Shown one piece after another: positions 59,456 through 64,000 of a DNA stretch of 64,000 bases (position 1 is its first letter; every line of letters begins with the position of its first letter). The DNA is from Desulfatiglandales bacterium. Lineage in GTDB: Bacteria; Desulfobacterota; DSM-4660; Desulfatiglandales; HGW-15. The notes below the pieces were generated by a model that saw nothing but the letters and a program-made list of their open reading frames with translations, made no database searches and was not told the DNA's origin. Location: NCBI GenBank assembly GCA_963667015.2, contig CAXXJJ010000001.1, positions 2,144,001-2,208,000 of the forward strand, read 5' to 3'. The position numbers were made by a program, and so were the translations under genes.

Positions 59456-61075
59456 TTATTCGCTTTTTTCCCTTAGTCCTGAAAAATAGATATCAAACGC
59501 CTTAAACCTGTCCAGGTTAGGCACCGGGCAGATGCCTGGCGCTGTATCGAATACCATTGCTTTTTGATCATCCACTTTAAAGACCGGCCACTCGGGCAGA
59601 TCTGGTCCGTTAGGATTACCTGACTTTGCGAAATTTACCCAGTAAGAACTTATCATATCGGAAAGTCTCAAATCCGCTTCTGCCGGGCCGCCCCCCAGTG
59701 TCTGGAAAGCATAGGGAACATCGCTGCCATGGCCTGAACCACCATCAGGCGAGTTTGGATGGTAATCAAAGTAGTACTGATAGGCCTTATTTTTACCATT
59801 CTTTGTCTGGAGGCGTGACCATGCCAGAGTATTCCATGTAAAGGTGTCGTTCCTGTTGTCCTTGGATGCCTGTGTTGCCTCAGCTTCTGTTGAATGGGGA
59901 TATGCCGTAAGGAAAATATCTGCATAAGAACCATATTGTGTTTTAATCTGGTTTTCGAATTGTTCAGGTGTTACCTTTTGTGTGCCGCCGAAGGAACCCA
60001 TTTCATCAGATGTATGTCCAACTAAAACAGGAGTATCGTTAAACTTACCTGCCTCATATAATGAATAGAGGTCGTCTGAGATAACATATCCGTCGGCTGC
60101 CGGCGAGAATCTCATTCCTCCGATACTGCCTTTCTGTGTTTGCTGGATGTCTTCAGCACTTAATGCGCGTGCCTCTTTGATATTGGAAACTCCAAGCTCC
60201 TTTAAAAGGTCAATGCCTGTTGATTCCGCAAATTCAAGAGATGGGACCCCCATGCCAATGCTTGTCTGTTTTGATGTCTGCAGAGGAGTAAATGAGCCTC
60301 CGCTCATGCAGATAACCCCATTGATAAGATCCTTTGTGAGTGGAGAAGCCGCCAGTATGCTTACCGCTCCACCTCCTGCAGAGTGGCCGAAAATCGTGAC
60401 CTTAGCGGGATCGCCCCCAAATTTGGAAATATTCTCCTTTACCCATTTAAGCCCTTCGATCATATCCAGTATTCCGTATGTTCCCGACCCATGATCGCTT
60501 TCACTACTGAGTTCAGGGTGCGCCATGAATCCGAAGGGGCCCAGTCGATATGCTACACTGACGAAAACCACTCCCTTTTTGGCAAACCCGGTTCCGTCAT
60601 ACATGGGTGTGCTGGTAGACCCGCCGCTGTAACCGCCTCCATGTATCCAGTAAATTACCGGGATCTTTTCATTCACTTTTTTGGCGGGAGTCCAGACATT
60701 AAGGTACAGGCAGTCTTCACTTACGGGGGCGGTGTTGCCCATAGCTCCGGATGTCTGCATGCATGCTGAGCAGAAAGCATCCGCCTTTTTTACGCCTGTC
60801 CAGGGCTGTACCGGGGCTGGTGCCTTCCAGCGCAGATCACCGACAGGCGGGGCTGCAAAAGGAATTCCCTTGTAGGTTAAAATCCCGTCCTGATCTACTC
60901 CCTCAATTGTGCCTCCGGTTACTTCAACGGTTGTTGTCAGGGGTAAGGCATCATTAATCTCTTCCTGGACTTTCCGGGCAGTGTTCTCCGCTTTATCAGT
61001 TGAAGAATCACAGGCAAAGGTAAAGAATATGAGGGTCAGCAACAATAAAAATCGAATTGAATGTTTAAACAGCAT
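59456..61075 (-). CDS. Type-B carboxylesterase, lipoprotein
   Basis: Lipobox-like TFAC, KGIPFAAPP, EDCLYLN, GHSAGG. Confidence 0.92.
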   Translation of the reverse strand: MLFKHSIRFLLLLTLIFFTFACDSSTDKAENTARKVQEEINDALPLTTTVEVTGGTIEGVDQDGILTYKGIPFAAPPVGDLRWKAPAPVQPWTGVKKADAFCSACMQTSGAMGNTAPVSEDCLYLNVWTPAKKVNEKIPVIYWIHGGGYSGGSTSTPMYDGTGFAKKGVVFVSVAYRLGPFGFMAHPELSSESDHGSGTYGILDMIEGLKWVKENISKFGGDPAKVTIFGHSAGGGAVSILAASPLTKDLINGVICMSGGSFTPLQTSKQTSIGMGVPSLEFAESTGIDLLKELGVSNIKEARALSAEDIQQTQKGSIGGMRFSPAADGYVISDDLYSLYEAGKFNDTPVLVGHTSDEMGSFGGTQKVTPEQFENQIKTQYGSYADIFLTAYPHSTEAEATQASKDNRNDTFTWNTLAWSRLQTKNGKNKAYQYYFDYHPNSPDGGSGHGSDVPYAFQTLGGGPAEADLRLSDMISSYWVNFAKSGNPNGPDLPEWPVFKVDDQKAMVFDTAPGICPVPNLDRFKAFDIYFSGLREKSE

Positions 61076-61109
61076 TGTACCTCCTTAATTGAGTTAATAA
61101 GAATGACGA

Positions 61110-61565
61110 TCAGATTTTATCAATATATTGTTTCCCGCTGCCCGAGTTGAGATGAAAAATGGGTCTGTCAACTCTTCTTGCAATTAATGGACAATGTTTT
61201 ATCCCGGCCGGAATATAAACAAGAAAACTTTCAGTCATGACGAATTTTTCATCCTCCAGCCAGAATTCAATTTCACCGCACAAATCGTGCGGATCATCCC
61301 AGTTTGTTCCAAAAAAGGAAATAAATTCATCAAAATCATGGGTATGAGGTTTTGCAACATTTCTTTCGGAAGCGCATTCCGGCCATACCCATACGGCTTC
61401 GACATATGATGCCTCGGGAACAATGGAGCTGTCCAGCCACATCACGTGAGTCGGCTCACTTTTTGGCTGTTCTTTAGACTCTACAGGACCGGTTCGATGA
61501 GAGGATTTGCCCAGGTTGGGTGTAAAATTTGTAACCACATATTTTGAGTATTTGGATTCTTTCAT
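61110..61565 (-). CDS. Cupin-like protein
   Basis: PHTHDFDE and IPAGIKHCP motifs. Confidence 0.75.
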   Translation of the reverse strand: MKESKYSKYVVTNFTPNLGKSSHRTGPVESKEQPKSEPTHVMWLDSSIVPEASYVEAVWVWPECASERNVAKPHTHDFDEFISFFGTNWDDPHDLCGEIEFWLEDEKFVMTESFLVYIPAGIKHCPLIARRVDRPIFHLNSGSGKQYIDKI

Positions 61566-61702
61566 AATTCTCTCCTTCAATTAATGAAGCGACCTGTATT
61601 TTCCTGCCAGGTTGAATTAATAATAACTATATGAATAATTTATAAAAAATAAAACTTCAATATATTTTAAAAAGTATCTGCCACTGCTATAAAAGCAATG
61701 GA

Positions 61703-62725
61703 TTATTTCTTTGTCAACAGGGCGAAACGATCTTCATTAAACCTTTTGATTTCTTCAGTTATAATGGTGTCAACATTCTCATATATGCTGCCCAGAGCCC
61801 CATAGGTAAGGCATGGAATAAAGCTTCCGCCCGGCGTATACTCCTCAAGAGCCCTTACGACCTCGGCCCGGATTGTCTCTTCAGGGGCATCAGCTCGATC
61901 AACTATCGCCGCATCAATCCCGCCCATGATAACCATGCGTCCGTCGAGCTGTTTCTGGATTTTGGGTATATCATTCTGAGGAAGAGCTCCCTGCCAGATA
62001 TCGATGCCCAGCTCAACCATGTCTTCTACAATGGGTTCAAGGAATGAATCCGCATGGTGCATTATAATAACGCCTTTTTCATTCATGTATCTGTATGTCT
62101 TAACGAACTGGGGTTTAATAAATTCCCTCCAGGTGTCAGGGCTCATAAACATGCTGTTCTTGCTCCCCCAGTCATCATGGGTAAGCATAATATCGGGCTT
62201 AAGGTTGTCAACAATAAGCTTCATATAGTTATACCGGTATTCCCCTACATATTCACAAAGCTCCATCATGTATTCCGGTTCTGCCAGAAAATTAAGAAGG
62301 GTATCCTCAAAACCCATGAGAAAATGCAGCTGCTCAAATACGCCGGTAGGCATAAAGGCCATCAATAAACTGTTTTCACGGTCTATTTTGGAAATCGCTT
62401 CAAGGGCAGGCTCCCAGACAGAAGGATCAGAGCAGTTTCCAATAATATCAGGGGCTATGGCGCTCTTCTTCCATTCGCATATATCCGGTACAACCTTATC
62501 GTCTGCTGTAACATGGGGCATTGCGGCTATCTGATCTTCCGGCCACAGAATAAGTGTTCCCCATTTGTCCCGAAGGGGCTCCATACCCCTATAGCGTTTT
62601 CCTCTTGCATAACCGGCAACAGGGTCCGCGGGAAAGAAAGCCAAATTCTCATATTGATCTACAAGCCGGTCAGGCTTACCGTCTTTTTTTACTGTTTCAA
62701 GAAAATTCTCTTTTGAAGAAAGCAT
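61703..62725 (-). CDS. URO-D-family methyltransferase-like protein
   Basis: DKWG, HDDWGS, HHADS, MGGID. Confidence 0.85.
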   Translation of the reverse strand: MLSSKENFLETVKKDGKPDRLVDQYENLAFFPADPVAGYARGKRYRGMEPLRDKWGTLILWPEDQIAAMPHVTADDKVVPDICEWKKSAIAPDIIGNCSDPSVWEPALEAISKIDRENSLLMAFMPTGVFEQLHFLMGFEDTLLNFLAEPEYMMELCEYVGEYRYNYMKLIVDNLKPDIMLTHDDWGSKNSMFMSPDTWREFIKPQFVKTYRYMNEKGVIIMHHADSFLEPIVEDMVELGIDIWQGALPQNDIPKIQKQLDGRMVIMGGIDAAIVDRADAPEETIRAEVVRALEEYTPGGSFIPCLTYGALGSIYENVDTIITEEIKRFNEDRFALLTKK

Positions 62726-62763
62726 GTTTACATCTCCTTATATACATAAAAAACTAAAAAAAA

Positions 62764-64000
62764 TCAGATAGTCAGTAATGCCCCCTGTGAGGTCAGGCAT
62801 TCCTGTAACCGTCCGTAATTAACCATTCGTGGCGTAATACCATCTTTTACCGCCATTGCAGCGGCAGTGCCTGCTGCCTGGCCCGTACCGATACAGAACT
62901 GAATAGGGCTGAGAAAATTAATGGCAATTTCATCAGCCGAAACACAACGTCCTGCCGTGAGCAGGTTTTCCAGTTTTTCAGGAACAAGGCATCTGTATGG
63001 AACATGTATATGAGGTTTTTCTGTAACAGGCGCAATGAATGACGGCGCCTCCAGGATTGTATCTTCATGTACAACTCCGGATTCTATATCTTCCATGGAG
63101 ACCGTATATTCCCCGGTCAGCCGTCTTGTGCAGCGTACTCCCGTCTGGGTTGCACTATCCATCAGGTAGCATTTTTCAAATCCGGGCACATATTTTTTAA
63201 AAAAATCATATGTAATCCTCATTCTTTTCCTGCCGGTTATCTCTACCCTGGTCAAATCCATGACATCAAGTCCGCTTAAATCAGGCAGCTGATTGTTAAA
63301 CCACATAACATCGTCAGGCGTGCATGATATGGCGTGTGTGAATCCGCCCTTTTCATTGCACTCTTTCATTAATTCAGCATATTTTGTTTTATCAGTCTCC
63401 CTGAATTCATAGAATCTATTACTGTCGATGTTGGAAAACCTGAAGGTAAAAGAGAGTTTTGCGGCTCTCTGGTCGGATTTCGGCATTCCGCCAAAGGATG
63501 CCCCTGCCGAGGCGTAGATATCACCATCCCCGGTGGTATCTATGACTGTTTTGGCCATTATTGCCTGCCTGCCGGATTTACTTTCAAAGAAAATACCCCT
63601 GATCCGGTTTTCTTCCACAATTGCCCTGCAGCCCAGTGAATGCAGAAGGAGCTCTACTCCTGCCTCCTCCATCATGTCATTTAATATACACTTAAGCATC
63701 TCCGGATCAACCTGGGCACTGAGTACGATCCTGCCTCCGATTACGGTAAATGGATACCGCCTCCAGTAATCGGTCAGTTTTTTGTCACTTGAGCCAAGGT
63801 CTTCCTTACGGGGGTGGACAGCGGCTCCGACATCATCGAGCCTGTCAATAATTTCCTGACATATTCCCGCGATCTGCTGTTCATTTGTACCGTCACTCAT
63901 GGGCATGATACATAAAACAAATCCACCGGTTGCAAGGCCCCCGAGGTAGCCGAATCTTTCGACCAGTACTGTACTGGCGCCGTTCCTGGCTGCAGCCAGT
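62764..64000 (-). CDS. FAD-dependent oxidoreductase (FAD_oxidored family), 5' end outside the window
   Basis: Frame stays open to the edge (AAARNGASTVLVERFGYLGGLATGG); IDTTGDGD, VPYRCL. Confidence 0.88.
   Translation of the reverse strand, partial: LAAARNGASTVLVERFGYLGGLATGGFVLCIMPMSDGTNEQQIAGICQEIIDRLDDVGAAVHPRKEDLGSSDKKLTDYWRRYPFTVIGGRIVLSAQVDPEMLKCILNDMMEEAGVELLLHSLGCRAIVEENRIRGIFFESKSGRQAIMAKTVIDTTGDGDIYASAGASFGGMPKSDQRAAKLSFTFRFSNIDSNRFYEFRETDKTKYAELMKECNEKGGFTHAISCTPDDVMWFNNQLPDLSGLDVMDLTRVEITGRKRMRITYDFFKKYVPGFEKCYLMDSATQTGVRCTRRLTGEYTVSMEDIESGVVHEDTILEAPSFIAPVTEKPHIHVPYRCLVPEKLENLLTAGRCVSADEIAINFLSPIQFCIGTGQAAGTAAAMAVKDGITPRMVNYGRLQECLTSQGALLTI

Overview
Bacterial window, probably from an anaerobic Desulfobacterota/Deltaproteobacteria-like organism (inference from gene content). 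Two catabolic blocks flank an AT-rich accessory region. The left block (about 0.5-15 kb) and right block (48.5-64 kb) carry esterases, a feruloyl esterase, GH43/GH3 glycosidases, URO-D-family methyltransferases, Tat-exported flavoproteins, transporters and a GntR regulator with a repeated operator. The core of the accessory region is a minus-strand integron cassette array (about 23.4-46.9 kb) with 29 cassettes and 29 attC sites, plus an attI-like site at about 46,850. The integrase survives only as a 27-codon N-terminal stub co-oriented with the cassettes. The rest of intI, and the front of the next gene, are replaced by a ~545-bp repeat-bounded element encoding a four-helix-bundle (23S rRNA IVP/Avd-like) protein. 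A gene-less version of the same repeat sits at another gene-fragment junction near 21 kb. The array contains five copies of an ORF-less cassette with a dedicated long attC, a second ORF-less cassette type, three HEPN-motif cassettes, purO and gmhA cassettes and a TA cassette. It also holds three group II introns at attC R boxes: a tandem pair of class C introns antisense to the array, and one CL-type intron in sense orientation. A RAYT transposase truncates the distal end, and a C-GCAxxG-C-C selenoprotein missed by the ORF track (UGA plus SECIS-like hairpin) lies next to it. Family assignments come from motif recognition by eye, not database searches.
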